A stretch of DNA of 64,000 nt from Phycisphaerales bacterium. Its GTDB lineage: Bacteria > Planctomycetota > Phycisphaerae > Sedimentisphaerales > Anaerobacaceae. Positions 1 through 9,862 of this stretch are shown piece by piece (within the stretch, counting starts at the first letter, position 1; every line of letters starts with the position of its first letter). The position numbers were made by a program, and so were the translations under genes. The stretch lies in contig CP070678.1 of the NCBI GenBank assembly GCA_020352515.1, positions 2,345,591 to 2,409,590 on the forward strand. The letters are read 5' to 3'. Below the pieces are notes generated by a model. The model was given only the letters and a program-made list of their open reading frames with translations, searched no databases and was not told the origin of the DNA.

Positions 1-810
1 CGCCGCGTAGAATTCGGCGCCCTGGCCCCAGGTTTCTTTGAGATACGACGGCAACCAGCTCAGGCAGATGAAGAACGTGATATTACTGGCGAAGTACTGA
101 GCCATAGCCAGGAACATATTGGAAGACGTAAATATTTCCGCAAAAGACACCTTCTCGGCGACCACGAATTCACTTTCACGGCCCTGCTCAATATAGCCCA
201 GCTCGGGCTTGCCGACTCTCGGATTCTCTTTGGGGTCGTCTCGGAACCACCACAGCCAGATCGCCACCCACAGGATCCCCACCACTCCGTTGGCAACAAA
301 CGTCAGGCGCCAGCCAATAAGGCTAATTACGAGCGGCATCAAGAAATAAGAAACGCCCGCACCGATTCGGCTGCCTGAGAAATTGATTCCCTGGGCGATT
401 CCGCGTTCCCTGACAGGGAGCCATCGGTAAAAAGCTCGCGTTGCGCCCGGAAATGCTCCGGCCTCGCCCACACCGAAGATGAACCGCATCACGAGCATTG
501 AGAGGGCATTGAATGCCGCTCCGGTCAGGGCGGTGAATGTGCTCCAGAAGGAGACGACCACCGTGAGGGCTTTTCTGGGGCCGTAGCGGTCTGCAAACCA
601 GCCGGAAGGCACCTGGAACAGGGCATAGCCGAGGGCAAAGATGCCAAAAATCCAGCCCATCGTTTGCTCGCTGATTTTCAAGTCCCTTATAATGTCACCT
701 TTGGCGGAGGAAATGCACACACGATCCATGTATGTGTTAACCGTATGGAAGAAAAGTATGACTATCAGGATATAGCGTTGACGACCGATACTGCCTTTTG
801 ATCTGTTCAT
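1..810 (-). CDS. MFS transporter, ACS-like acid-sugar/anion permease (N-terminal 270 aa; C-terminus runs off the window)
   Basis: Absent from the ORF track because the window edge truncates it. My minus-strand translation from the ATG at 810-808 is open to base 1: MNRSKGSIGRQRYILIVILFFHTVNTYMDRVCISSAKGDIIRDLKISEQTMGWIFGIFALGYALFQVPSGWFADRYGPRKAL...FGVGEAGAFPGATRAFYRWLP. It shows hydrophobic TM periodicity and the MFS loop 2-3 motif (DRYGPRK). Confidence 0.8.
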   Translation of the reverse strand, partial: MNRSKGSIGRQRYILIVILFFHTVNTYMDRVCISSAKGDIIRDLKISEQTMGWIFGIFALGYALFQVPSGWFADRYGPRKALTVVVSFWSTFTALTGAAFNALSMLVMRFIFGVGEAGAFPGATRAFYRWLPVRERGIAQGINFSGSRIGAGVSYFLMPLVISLIGWRLTFVANGVVGILWVAIWLWWFRDDPKENPRVGKPELGYIEQGRESEFVVAEKVSFAEIFTSSNMFLAMAQYFASNITFFICLSWLPSYLKETWGQGAEFYAA

Positions 811-827
811 GCAATGCCTGCGATTTA

Positions 828-2240
828 TCAGTGATTTTCTGCCGTTTTGAAGGCCTGAACGATCTTTGTAATAGCATCAGTCGGCCCGACGTTGCCGGGA
901 AAGACGATATATGCCATGCCCGGGAACTTGCTTTCTGCTCCGCAGCGCCAGACCGGGACTCCGGGCAGGATCTGGCCGAGCACTTCGGCTCGAATCAGCC
1001 CAAGAGCTTTCGTCGCAACGTCGCTGGAGGTGATACCGCCCTTGGCCAGGATGTATCGCGGCCGGACTGAAAGCGAGGCGACGATATCGACCAGCGTCTG
1101 CGATATGCGCTCTGCTATCTGTAGCGATTCGCCGCGGCTTGCGCCTGTGATGAGTCTGCGGCTCGTGTAGATCACGACATCCCGCCCTGCTTCCAGAGCG
1201 CTGCCGGCTGAATCCGCCATGCGCGACTTTTCAACCTCCTTGGAGCCGCCGAGAACCCGCTCGACATCAACCTCGATGCCCATCGAATCGGCATTTTCCA
1301 GCAGGTTGGCAAGCTGGTCGGAGGATTTCGGGACGTGCGAACCCACCACGATCAGCCCGCCGGCATCAGCAGGGCCGATGAGCTCTGCCGCGGTCAGCAG
1401 TTTCCTGGGGCCCAGACCGGCGCGGCTGCGAACGAACGAGGCGGCCGTCCGGTAAATGAAGCGATTGTCTTGTTGGCCGGCCCGCAGAAGCCCCATAGTG
1501 ACGACTTCGAGGTCGCGGTAGTCCGCGGCATTGACGATACAGACGCCGCCGCAAGCGCATTTGCCCAGTACATCGGCGACGGGGCCGGGCCCTCGCTCAC
1601 GGATATCCGTTATCGAGACCGATGCTACGAAATCCGCGGAGATTCGGCCGCCGGTCTTCTCCTCGATCCATTCCTTGAGGTCGGAATTCGTGTAGCCGAA
1701 GACCGGATCGGCCGCGAAGGCGGTCTCGCCGGCAGGGATGAGCTGGTCGCCTTCCCTGACGTAATGTGTGTCATTAAGGGTGTAGCGTCCGCCCTCCTCG
1801 AAAAAGGGGATAATCACGCGCACGGCGCCTTCAGCCCCCAGCGACACCGCCAGCGCATCGACCTCCGCGGGAAAGTGTCCTCGCAGGGTCGAATCGCTTC
1901 TGCTGACCACTTCAAAGGCCCGCTCCGCCCGCCTGGAAGCGGCAAGGATGTTCTCGCCGATTTCTCCAGCCAGCTTCGCGGCCCGTTCTTCGGCCAGGGC
2001 GCGGGAGTTCGTCAGGATATAGAACAGCGGGGTGTTTCTCTCAAACTCGGCGATAAGGGCACGCTGATCCCAGGAGGTCAGCACAGGTACGCCGTAAACT
2101 GTCTGAGTACCGGTCGGGTCGTCGTCAAGGACTACTATGGAGGTCGGATTTCGGCGGTTGTGTTCTCTTATCTCAGGCAATAAGTCGTCCGGCCATATTG
2201 GGGGCAACTCTTTGATTACTTGTTCGAATTGCAGGGCCAT
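828..2240 (-). CDS. Four-carbon acid-sugar kinase family protein (DUF1537)
   Basis: 470-aa ORF. The N-terminus VVLDDDPTGTQTV...FYILTNSRAL is the hallmark of the DUF1537 kinase N-domain. It lies 17 nt upstream of the MFS gene on the same strand. Confidence 0.85.
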   Translation of the reverse strand: MALQFEQVIKELPPIWPDDLLPEIREHNRRNPTSIVVLDDDPTGTQTVYGVPVLTSWDQRALIAEFERNTPLFYILTNSRALAEERAAKLAGEIGENILAASRRAERAFEVVSRSDSTLRGHFPAEVDALAVSLGAEGAVRVIIPFFEEGGRYTLNDTHYVREGDQLIPAGETAFAADPVFGYTNSDLKEWIEEKTGGRISADFVASVSITDIRERGPGPVADVLGKCACGGVCIVNAADYRDLEVVTMGLLRAGQQDNRFIYRTAASFVRSRAGLGPRKLLTAAELIGPADAGGLIVVGSHVPKSSDQLANLLENADSMGIEVDVERVLGGSKEVEKSRMADSAGSALEAGRDVVIYTSRRLITGASRGESLQIAERISQTLVDIVASLSVRPRYILAKGGITSSDVATKALGLIRAEVLGQILPGVPVWRCGAESKFPGMAYIVFPGNVGPTDAITKIVQAFKTAENH

Positions 2241-2270
2241 TTGCCTTTTTTGGTCTTCCGATTCGCACGT

Positions 2271-2903
2271 TCAGTCTTCGAGGGCTAGGACCCTTGCCGG
2301 AGCCCCGTCACCGCCGGCTATCTTCAGGGGAAGCGCCACCAGGGTGACCTTGTCGGTCGATATCTTGTCCAGATTCGTCAGTCCCTCGACGATAATAATC
2401 CCAGCCCCGAGCATTATCCGATGGATTCTCGCAAGCTCATCGAGATTGTTGACGTCGGCCACGGAAGGCGGTTCGACGCCGAGTATTCGGAGCTTGTGGT
2501 CGACGCACCATCGGGCGAGGCGCTCACCTATTCGGGGCAACTCGTCTCGGTAGGCGGCCCGCCCGTAGTGCCGGCTCCAGCCGGTTCGGATAATCAGGCC
2601 GTCGTCGCTGTCGAGCTTGTCGGCGACGTCGCCGAGATGCTGCGGCTCTATCAACTGGTGGGCCCCGGCGTTCGTGACATCGGCCACCCAGGCCGGACCT
2701 ACGAGCCTTTCGAGCGGCAACCGGTCTATCGTCTCGCCGGTGACGCCGAAATGAACCGGCGCATCCAGGTGGGTGCCGCAGTGGGAGTAAAGGCTCAGCG
2801 TCGTTGCGTTCCAGCCGTCGGTCTCCAATCGCCTGGCCGGCAAGATCGAAACGCCCCTGTCGCCGTCGGACAGAGTCAGTGTCAAATCGATAATTCGAGA
2901 CAT
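2271..2903 (-). CDS. Cyclase-family protein (kynurenine-formamidase-like metal hydrolase)
   Basis: The ORF track starts at 2996, but that would overlap the upstream gene. The internal ATG at 2903 gives MSRIIDLTLTL... and leaves a 16-nt gap. The metal-binding motif HCGTHLDAPVHF is typical of the putative-cyclase family. Confidence 0.8.
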   Translation of the reverse strand: MSRIIDLTLTLSDGDRGVSILPARRLETDGWNATTLSLYSHCGTHLDAPVHFGVTGETIDRLPLERLVGPAWVADVTNAGAHQLIEPQHLGDVADKLDSDDGLIIRTGWSRHYGRAAYRDELPRIGERLARWCVDHKLRILGVEPPSVADVNNLDELARIHRIMLGAGIIIVEGLTNLDKISTDKVTLVALPLKIAGGDGAPARVLALED

Positions 2904-2919
2904 ATCCAGTCGTTTTCGT

Positions 2920-3978
2920 TCACAGATTTGCAATAACCGCCTCGGCGATTTCCATCGTTCTTGCCGAGCCGCCCAGGTCCACCGACAGTATGCCACCAGC
3001 GACGGTCTTTTCTATTGCCGCAACGATAGCGTCAGCGGCCCTTGTTTCTCCAAGGTGCTCGAGCATGAGGGCGCCGGACCAGATCGCGCCGACCGGGTTG
3101 GCTATCGCCTTGCCGGCGATATCCGGGGCCGAGCCGTGGATCGGCTCGAACATCGACGGATACCTCTTCTCGGGATTTATGTTGCCGCTGGGCCCCAGCC
3201 CAAGGCTGCCCGTGATGGCTCCGGCCAGGTCGCTGAGAATGTCGCCGATGAAGTTGGTGGTAAGGATAACGTCGAATTTCTCAGGATACAAAACGAGATT
3301 GGCCGATGCGTTATCCACGTACATCTTTGCGTAATCGACATTGAGATACGATTGGCGGACCTCTTCGACGACGCGATCCCAGTAAGCCAGGCTGTGGATG
3401 AGCGTGTTCGACTTGGTGACGTTGGTCACCTTATTGCGGCGTTTGCGCGCGAGTTGAAAGCTGTAGTGTGCGATTCGCTCGATGCCCTTGCGGGTGAAGA
3501 TGCTCATATCGGTGGCCATGCCGTCGGGGAACTCGTTTCGGACGAGCCCGCCGGACTGGACGAACTCTCCCTCGGTGTTTTCCCGGATTACGACCAGATC
3601 GATATCTTCGGGCGATTTGCCCTTGAGAGGTCCCGGCACACCGGGCAAAAGCCTGGCCGGACGATAGTTGACATACTGGTCGAAGCCGACGCGGACTTTG
3701 AAGGTAAAGAGCCTGGCCGGCAGCGTATCGTCAACGTCGGGCAGCCCCACCGCGCCGAAGTACAGCGCATCGAAGCCCTTGAGAGTATCCAGCGCATCGT
3801 CCGGCATGAACCGACCGGTCTTCTTGTAGTAGCCGGCGCCGTAGGGGAAATTCTCGTATGAAAGCTGGAAGCCGAATTTCTCAGCGGCTGCCTCGAGAAC
3901 GGCGACCCCGGCCGGAATAATCTCGGGCCCGATCCCGTCACCCGGTATGACTGCCATGCTGTAGCTGCTCATAGTCAC
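2920..3978 (-). CDS. Tartrate dehydrogenase/decarboxylase-like enzyme (isocitrate/isopropylmalate dehydrogenase superfamily)
   Basis: 352 aa. MAVIPGDGIGPEI...LYFGAVG...VIRENTEGEF...GSLGL..S.N...EP.HGSAPDIAGK.IANP are signatures of beta-decarboxylating dehydrogenases. The GTG at 3978 overlaps the upstream stop (GTGA). An ATG at 3972 is an alternative start. Confidence 0.85.
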   Translation of the reverse strand: MTMSSYSMAVIPGDGIGPEIIPAGVAVLEAAAEKFGFQLSYENFPYGAGYYKKTGRFMPDDALDTLKGFDALYFGAVGLPDVDDTLPARLFTFKVRVGFDQYVNYRPARLLPGVPGPLKGKSPEDIDLVVIRENTEGEFVQSGGLVRNEFPDGMATDMSIFTRKGIERIAHYSFQLARKRRNKVTNVTKSNTLIHSLAYWDRVVEEVRQSYLNVDYAKMYVDNASANLVLYPEKFDVILTTNFIGDILSDLAGAITGSLGLGPSGNINPEKRYPSMFEPIHGSAPDIAGKAIANPVGAIWSGALMLEHLGETRAADAIVAAIEKTVAGGILSVDLGGSARTMEIAEAVIANL

Positions 3979-6416
3979 CTGCTGACGCTCTTGGGATTGA
4001 TGTGGGTGCCGGCGCGACTGACAAGCCCGTCCTTCTCCTTGAAGACAACCGCGTCCGCTGTGGTGATGGTTATGATATCATGGGGTTCGGGCGCAGCCGG
4101 GGCGCCGAGCGGGGCCTTCCGGTTCGCGGCCCTGTTTGATCCTCGGGCGGGCGTGAAAATCAGCGAGCGCCACCGTCCTCGCGAGTACCCCTTTCGGCTG
4201 CCCTGCCGGCTCTTGCCGTTCGTCGCGCTGTTGAATTCCACACGCACGCCTGATCCCTTGCGGACGGTCACGGCGTTCCACGTTTTCAGCGTCGGCTTGT
4301 AGTCGTCGGCCGTCTGAGGATTCGTAAACTCCCCGACAAGCTCGCCGTCAATAATAAGCTTGTAACTCGATTCCCCGTCGGTCTCTGCAAGAGTCACCAG
4401 CATAATATCATACTTGCCCGTTTTGCCCGTAAAGACGGCCTCGGCCGCCGCATACTTGTCCCTGTAGCTGTCGGGATTGATCGCCAGAGCGTTGTGACCT
4501 TTATCCTTGTAAGCCGGCACAAAGCCCCCGTCAGTGACGACATTAAAATGCCGCAGCGCCTCCAGCGTGACCGCTCCCTCCACAGTCTGCCTGGCCGCAG
4601 GGGCGGGCGCGGGCGGCGGCCCTTCGGCCGCCAGAGTCAGTTTTCCCTTTCCATTTATCACCAGAAGCCAGTCGCCGCTGTCCGGGGCCGTCAGCTCTAC
4701 CCGCCCATCGACCGAACCTTTCTTTGGCAGCCCGTCAAGCCCGTCGCCTGTTCGAGGATTGAACCAGCCGTAATCGAATTTCCCCGACCCGACATCGACC
4801 TTTATCTTGCCACCGTGCTTTAGGTACACCAGATACAGCTCGTTCGGCTTGCACAGAACGTAGTCGTCGGTACTGGCGGTCATCTCGTCCCGGCACTTCA
4901 TGTCCCAGAATGGAATCTCATATTTCCTGAAGAATTCCAGTGCGATGCGGCACTGCCGCCACATCTTCTCGCGCGTTCGATAATCCTGACACGTCAGGTC
5001 GCTGTGCGGGTGCTGGTAGCCGAAATACCACTCCACCCCGGCGCCGCCGGCCATGATATTGCCCCAGAGCCCGTTCTTGCGGGCGTTGTCACGCGTCGGG
5101 TCCTCAGCGTCGGTGATCAAGCCGTGTGACGCGTCTCCGGGCTCGTCACAGGCCACAACCCACGGCTTGCCCGCGGCGACCGACCGGTCAATATAGTCGC
5201 GCGTCCGCCTGTGAACCTGGCTGAAGTCCGGCCTGCTGGTCTGAAGTGAAAAACCGGTTAGCTTCGAAGCGCCGCCCAGCAGGTCGTAGTGGGGGTCGCC
5301 CATGTTGTGAATGACGATGTGGTGCTGATAAGGGTCGTGGGTCCAGAAGTAGTCGGCCCATGCGACCTTCTGCTCGTGCGTGGCGTTGTTGATCTCCTCG
5401 CCGAGATTCCAGTTAAGGGCCAAGTTATGGCCGAACCGGGCAATCAACTCCCGATAGTAAAGCTTGCGCTGGGGGCCGAGGTCGCCCTTGTCGAGCAGTA
5501 GCTCGTTCTCCGTCTCCATCGTCTTGAAATGCAGGTACATGCCCATGTTGGTACCGTGTTCAAAGACGATTGCCCACTGGTCCATTCGCGAACAATCGAT
5601 TCGCTCGCGTTCATCGTAGTTGAGATACGGGAAAACATTGCGGTCGTCGCCGGCGATGTTCATCGGCAAAAATGAGAAGACGTTCATGCCCTGCGAGGCC
5701 AGGTAGTTGATGGCGCCGATGATGCCCTTGCCCTTGCCGTTTTGCCAGGTGGGATCGCCGGGCCGCCAGTCCTTGATATGTGGCGCCCAGTCCTTGATGA
5801 GGTTGTCTTTATGGCCGTCTTTTTTGAAGTCGCCGTCGAAGTCCTTGTACGCAAGGAAGTTCTCCGGCGCGTCGGCCCCGCACTTGAGGAAGTACTCTCC
5901 GGTTTCCGCGAATCGAAGGTGGTGCTTGCCGACATATTGGAGTAGTCCTTTGCCTCGCAAATCGCGGCCGGTCTTATCGGTCGGCCCGATCTTGAACGAG
6001 CCGGTCTGACCGTCCGTGAAGCCGGCCGACTCGCCGGCATCGGCCCGTTCAGAGACGGCTACATTCTTGCCCTTCCTGAACGATACCGCATACTTCCATG
6101 TGCCTGTCCGGCACGGCGCGAAGTGAACACGCCATTTGTTACCGGCCTCGGCCGATGTGTTCGCGGCATCGCCGTCGGCGGCGTAATAGCCGGGGACCCG
6201 ATACGACTTGCCGCCTTCGCTGTGCGAAAAGATCACGTCCAGCCGATAGTCCATAAACGGATTCGGTTTCCCGTCTTCGGAAGTCTGCGGCCCCTCGAAC
6301 GTAAGTGTAACCTTGTGCCATTTCTTGAGCTCGCCGCCAATCTGCGCGGCTGCGGCGGCCTGCAATGCGGCCAAGGTGAGTGACACTGCAAAAATGACGA
6401 TAAGTTCCCTTTTCAT
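3975..6416 (-). CDS. Secreted DUF5060-domain glycoside-hydrolase-like protein with a C-terminal carbohydrate-binding-like region
   Basis: The track ORF starts at a TTG at 6422. I prefer the ATG at 6416 (MKRELIVIFAVSLTLAALQAAAAAQ, a signal peptide), which follows AGGAG plus 6 nt. KWHKVTLTFEGPQTSE..NPFMDYRLDV matches the DUF5060 N-domain as I recall it. A TIM-barrel-like core follows (GAINYLASQGMNVFSFLPMN...LGEE). Confidence 0.7.
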   Translation of the reverse strand: MKRELIVIFAVSLTLAALQAAAAAQIGGELKKWHKVTLTFEGPQTSEDGKPNPFMDYRLDVIFSHSEGGKSYRVPGYYAADGDAANTSAEAGNKWRVHFAPCRTGTWKYAVSFRKGKNVAVSERADAGESAGFTDGQTGSFKIGPTDKTGRDLRGKGLLQYVGKHHLRFAETGEYFLKCGADAPENFLAYKDFDGDFKKDGHKDNLIKDWAPHIKDWRPGDPTWQNGKGKGIIGAINYLASQGMNVFSFLPMNIAGDDRNVFPYLNYDERERIDCSRMDQWAIVFEHGTNMGMYLHFKTMETENELLLDKGDLGPQRKLYYRELIARFGHNLALNWNLGEEINNATHEQKVAWADYFWTHDPYQHHIVIHNMGDPHYDLLGGASKLTGFSLQTSRPDFSQVHRRTRDYIDRSVAAGKPWVVACDEPGDASHGLITDAEDPTRDNARKNGLWGNIMAGGAGVEWYFGYQHPHSDLTCQDYRTREKMWRQCRIALEFFRKYEIPFWDMKCRDEMTASTDDYVLCKPNELYLVYLKHGGKIKVDVGSGKFDYGWFNPRTGDGLDGLPKKGSVDGRVELTAPDSGDWLLVINGKGKLTLAAEGPPPAPAPAARQTVEGAVTLEALRHFNVVTDGGFVPAYKDKGHNALAINPDSYRDKYAAAEAVFTGKTGKYDIMLVTLAETDGESSYKLIIDGELVGEFTNPQTADDYKPTLKTWNAVTVRKGSGVRVEFNSATNGKSRQGSRKGYSRGRWRSLIFTPARGSNRAANRKAPLGAPAAPEPHDIITITTADAVVFKEKDGLVSRAGTHINPKSVSR

Positions 6417-6466
6417 AGTCAACTCCTGAGAGATCGAAAGACTGCTAAAGCAACACTACTTCATAG

Positions 6467-6494
6467 TGTATACGACGACAGCACGGACGTGCAA
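6467..6494 (-). promoter_or_regulatory. Candidate sigma70-type promoter for the 3975-6416 gene
   Basis: The minus strand reads TTGCAC (6494-6489), a 16-nt spacer, then TATACA (6472-6467), about 45 nt upstream of the ATG. This rests on pattern only. Confidence 0.3.
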
Positions 6495-6892
6495 GCCGCA
6501 AGATCGGATTGCAGACATCTATCTTTGAGCCAATAATGCCGCCGCGCCAAGCTGGTGCGACGGGGGATCAGTCCGAAGCCTGGCGGCCGAGGTCGCGGAA
6601 CGTTATTTGCGGTGAATGCATCTTGTCCGAGTGACTATCCAAGAACGGGCGGTTCACCCCGTGGGGTGCAAAAATCTCCCTTGCGTAAGTCTTTTGATGG
6701 TTAATGTTTTACAGCGCTGCGAACGAAAATGTTTGCTCGTCAAGGACGCATTTCGTGGTGTGTCGGGACTATTAAACAGAGACCATGGCTTACGCTGGTG
6801 ACTTCTTTGGCCTGCTGTATCGACAAGGAACTCTACAAGGCGATCGACTTCTTGCCGAAACAGCTACGAGTTCGCCCCTTGTCGAGACGCCG

Positions 6893-9862
6893 CTACTGCC
6901 CCAGCCAATAAACAGCCAGGTCCGCCAAGTCGTACATGTTGATTCTGCAATCCGGCTCACCATAAGGGCCGGTCAGGTCCGCCTCCAGCAGCAGGCCGTT
7001 GTCCATCACGTATCGGCAGGATGCTTCGACTGCCGTCACCGTAACCTCATCATAATTGAACGCCATGCCGTCATTCGCAGTAAGTCGCAGGACGTATTCG
7101 CCCACCATGTCAACGACAACTATGGGATCCTCGGAGGCCGCGGACGGGTCGAACGTGACGCTGGAGCCGCCCGGGCTGTCTTCGACAGACCACACTGCCG
7201 TCAGGACCGGCGGTTCGGGCTTGCCGTCGTCGCTGACCGTTCCATCGAGCTGGAACGCAAGGAGGCTTTCGACAAGAAACGCGGCCTGATCCTCTCCGGC
7301 ATTTACCTGCGGCGGCTGGTTGTCAAGGCTTTGCACGGCGCAGAAGCAGCTTGGGTCGAGAGTGCCGCTGGTTACCCTAATGCCCTCGATGACGCTGCTG
7401 TTGGCCAGCGGCGCCCCGCTCGCATTCTTCAGGTCCGTAATGGCAAACGCAAGTCCGCCGATGTCCTGACCGTCGTTCGGGCTGCCTTTTCTATTCAGGC
7501 CCGTGTCACCCCAATTGGATTTCGAAATACTGACCTTCTGGCCGAGCACGCCGCGGGGCAGAATCGCCTGGACCTCGATATCATCGTTCATGCCCGCTTC
7601 AAAGATGAAGAAATCCGGAAGATCGCCGTTCGTGTCGACCCAGAATGATTGGCCGCCAATCATTGTGATCGTCCAGAGAGCATTGGACGGGTTGTTGCGG
7701 GCCGCGATATTGTTAAGGTCAAAGTCGTCCGCATTCGTAATATGGCCCGCGACATCGGTGACCCCCCCAGAAGTCCCCGTCCTCAGATTGTCCACGGTTA
7801 CTGTGTAACCGCCCACCGTTACACTTTGCAGCATGTAGGGCGGATTGCCGTTGGTGCCGGCGGAGACACCGGTGACCGGGCCGATCAAAGGTGCAGCCGC
7901 AGCCCGGACGGCGCCGAGAGGCCGGATACTCGACCCGGCAAGAACGTCCTCGCAACCGGTATCGGCCGGGTCGTTGCAACGCAGCCAGTCCCCGGATAGG
8001 CGCGCCAGGTCCGCGGCATCCACGTCATGGTCACGGTCAAAATCCGCCGGCACGGTGGTAATAGCTCTGACCAGAACCGCCCAGTCGAGTAGCGGATCGA
8101 AGGGCGGAGTTCCGACAGAAACCCAACCGGGGCCTGATACGGCGTTTAGAACGCCGTCGAGCAATTGGCCCCCGGTTCGCGGATTATACCAGCCAACGGT
8201 GTAGTCGCCCTCGGCCAGGGTGATATTGGTCGTTCCGCCGTTCTTGAGATAGACGACGTACACTTCGCCGGCCCCGGCGAGACAGTAAGCGTCGGCGCTC
8301 GTGATAAGCTGGTTGGCGTTGTGCATGTCCCAGAAGGGGACGCCGTTGTTGCTGAAGAACTCGAGGGCGTAACGGCACTGGTCCCAGAACGCATCGCGGC
8401 TGCGCCAGTCCTGGCAGGTGAGGTCGGAGTGGTCGTGCTGATAGCCGAAGTACCACTCCAGGCCCGCCCCGCCGGCCATGATATTACCCCAGAGCCCGTT
8501 CTTTCGGGCGTTGTCGTGGCCCGGATCGTCCCAATCGGGCACCAGCGCGTGGCTGGCGTCTCCAGGCTCGTCGCACGCAACGACCCAGGGCTTGCCGGCG
8601 GCGACCGACCGGTCGATGTAGTTCTTGGTCTGAGAGAACACACGGCTGAAGTCGATTTGACTGGTCTGCAATGAGAAGCCGGTCAATCTGGATGCGCTGC
8701 CGAGCAGGTCGTAGTGGTTGTCGCCGTTGTGGATGACGATGTGGTGCCGGTAGGGATCGTGGGTCCAGAAGTAGTCGGCCCATGCGACTTTCTGCTCGTG
8801 GGAGGCATCGTTGGTCTCCTCGCCGAGGTTCCAGTTCAGCGCCAGGCGGTGGCTGAAGCGGGCGATCAATTCGCGGTAGTAGAGTTTTCGTTGCACGCCC
8901 ATATCGCCGTTATCGAGCAGAAGCTCGTTCTCGGTCTCCTGTGTCTTGAAGTGCAGGTACATTCCCATCCGGTCGCTGTGTTCGAGGACGATTTCCCACT
9001 GGTCGAGGCGGGAGACATCGAATCTTTCCCTTTCGTTGTAGGTTGTGTACATGAAGACGTTTCGGTCGTCGCCGTTGATATTGAGTGTGAGAAATGAGAA
9101 TGCGTTCATGCCCTTCGAGGCCAGGTAGTTGATAGCCCCGATGATGCCTTTGCCTTTTGAGAGCTGCCAGACGGGGTCGCCGCGGCGCCAGTCGGCGATG
9201 TGTGCAGACCAGGTTTTGACGAGATTGTCTTTTCGGCCGTCGCTCTTGAAGTTGCCGTCGAAGTCCGCGTAGGCGAGAAAGTTCTCGGGGGCGTCTGCGC
9301 CGCACTTTAGGAAGTACTGACCGGTCTCGGCGAATTGCAGGTGGTGTCTGCCGACATAGTCGAGGCGTCCCGCGGCTCTGGGGTCGGGTGCGATTTTGTC
9401 GCTGGGTTCTATTGTAAGGACGCCGCTTTCGCCGTCGAAGGCTGTCGGCGTACCCGCATCAGGGTCGTCGCTCACGGCGACATCGGGGCCGGTCCTGAAG
9501 GAGGCAACGTAGCTCCAGGTCCCGACCTGGTCCGGGGCCAGGTGCGCGCGCCATTTGTTTCCGGAGGCTGCGGAGGTGTTGCCGGCGTCACCGTCGGCAC
9601 AGTAGTAACCCGGCACAAGCAGCGTCGATCCGTCGGGTCGGGTGAAGGCGATGTTGAGCCGGCAGTCGGTGAAGGGGTTTGGGTTTGCTGATTCGGAAGT
9701 GTTTGGGCCGTCGAAGGTTATGGTTATCTTGTGCCATTTCTTGAGGCCCGACGGCTCGTCCCATGGGCCCGTGATGGACGCCGCCGAGAGTAGCCGGCAC
9801 GGAACACAGGCCAGAGCCACCAGATATGTCGAGAAGCTCAGCTTTATCCTGCCTCGAAACAT
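6893..9862 (-). CDS. Secreted DUF5060-domain glycoside-hydrolase-like protein, long paralogue with PKD/Ig-like and dockerin-like C-terminal modules
   Basis: The first ~630 aa are collinear with the 3975-6416 product (KWHKITITFDGPNTSE..NPFTDCRLN; GAINYLASKGMNAFSFLTLN; LGEETN). The likely start is the ATG at 9862 (MFRGRIKLSFSTYLVALACVPCRLLSAAS, a signal peptide). The tail carries DFDRDHDVDAADLARLSGDWL and a terminal CRINMYDLADLAVYWLGQ. Confidence 0.7.
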   Translation of the reverse strand: MFRGRIKLSFSTYLVALACVPCRLLSAASITGPWDEPSGLKKWHKITITFDGPNTSESANPNPFTDCRLNIAFTRPDGSTLLVPGYYCADGDAGNTSAASGNKWRAHLAPDQVGTWSYVASFRTGPDVAVSDDPDAGTPTAFDGESGVLTIEPSDKIAPDPRAAGRLDYVGRHHLQFAETGQYFLKCGADAPENFLAYADFDGNFKSDGRKDNLVKTWSAHIADWRRGDPVWQLSKGKGIIGAINYLASKGMNAFSFLTLNINGDDRNVFMYTTYNERERFDVSRLDQWEIVLEHSDRMGMYLHFKTQETENELLLDNGDMGVQRKLYYRELIARFSHRLALNWNLGEETNDASHEQKVAWADYFWTHDPYRHHIVIHNGDNHYDLLGSASRLTGFSLQTSQIDFSRVFSQTKNYIDRSVAAGKPWVVACDEPGDASHALVPDWDDPGHDNARKNGLWGNIMAGGAGLEWYFGYQHDHSDLTCQDWRSRDAFWDQCRYALEFFSNNGVPFWDMHNANQLITSADAYCLAGAGEVYVVYLKNGGTTNITLAEGDYTVGWYNPRTGGQLLDGVLNAVSGPGWVSVGTPPFDPLLDWAVLVRAITTVPADFDRDHDVDAADLARLSGDWLRCNDPADTGCEDVLAGSSIRPLGAVRAAAAPLIGPVTGVSAGTNGNPPYMLQSVTVGGYTVTVDNLRTGTSGGVTDVAGHITNADDFDLNNIAARNNPSNALWTITMIGGQSFWVDTNGDLPDFFIFEAGMNDDIEVQAILPRGVLGQKVSISKSNWGDTGLNRKGSPNDGQDIGGLAFAITDLKNASGAPLANSSVIEGIRVTSGTLDPSCFCAVQSLDNQPPQVNAGEDQAAFLVESLLAFQLDGTVSDDGKPEPPVLTAVWSVEDSPGGSSVTFDPSAASEDPIVVVDMVGEYVLRLTANDGMAFNYDEVTVTAVEASCRYVMDNGLLLEADLTGPYGEPDCRINMYDLADLAVYWLGQ

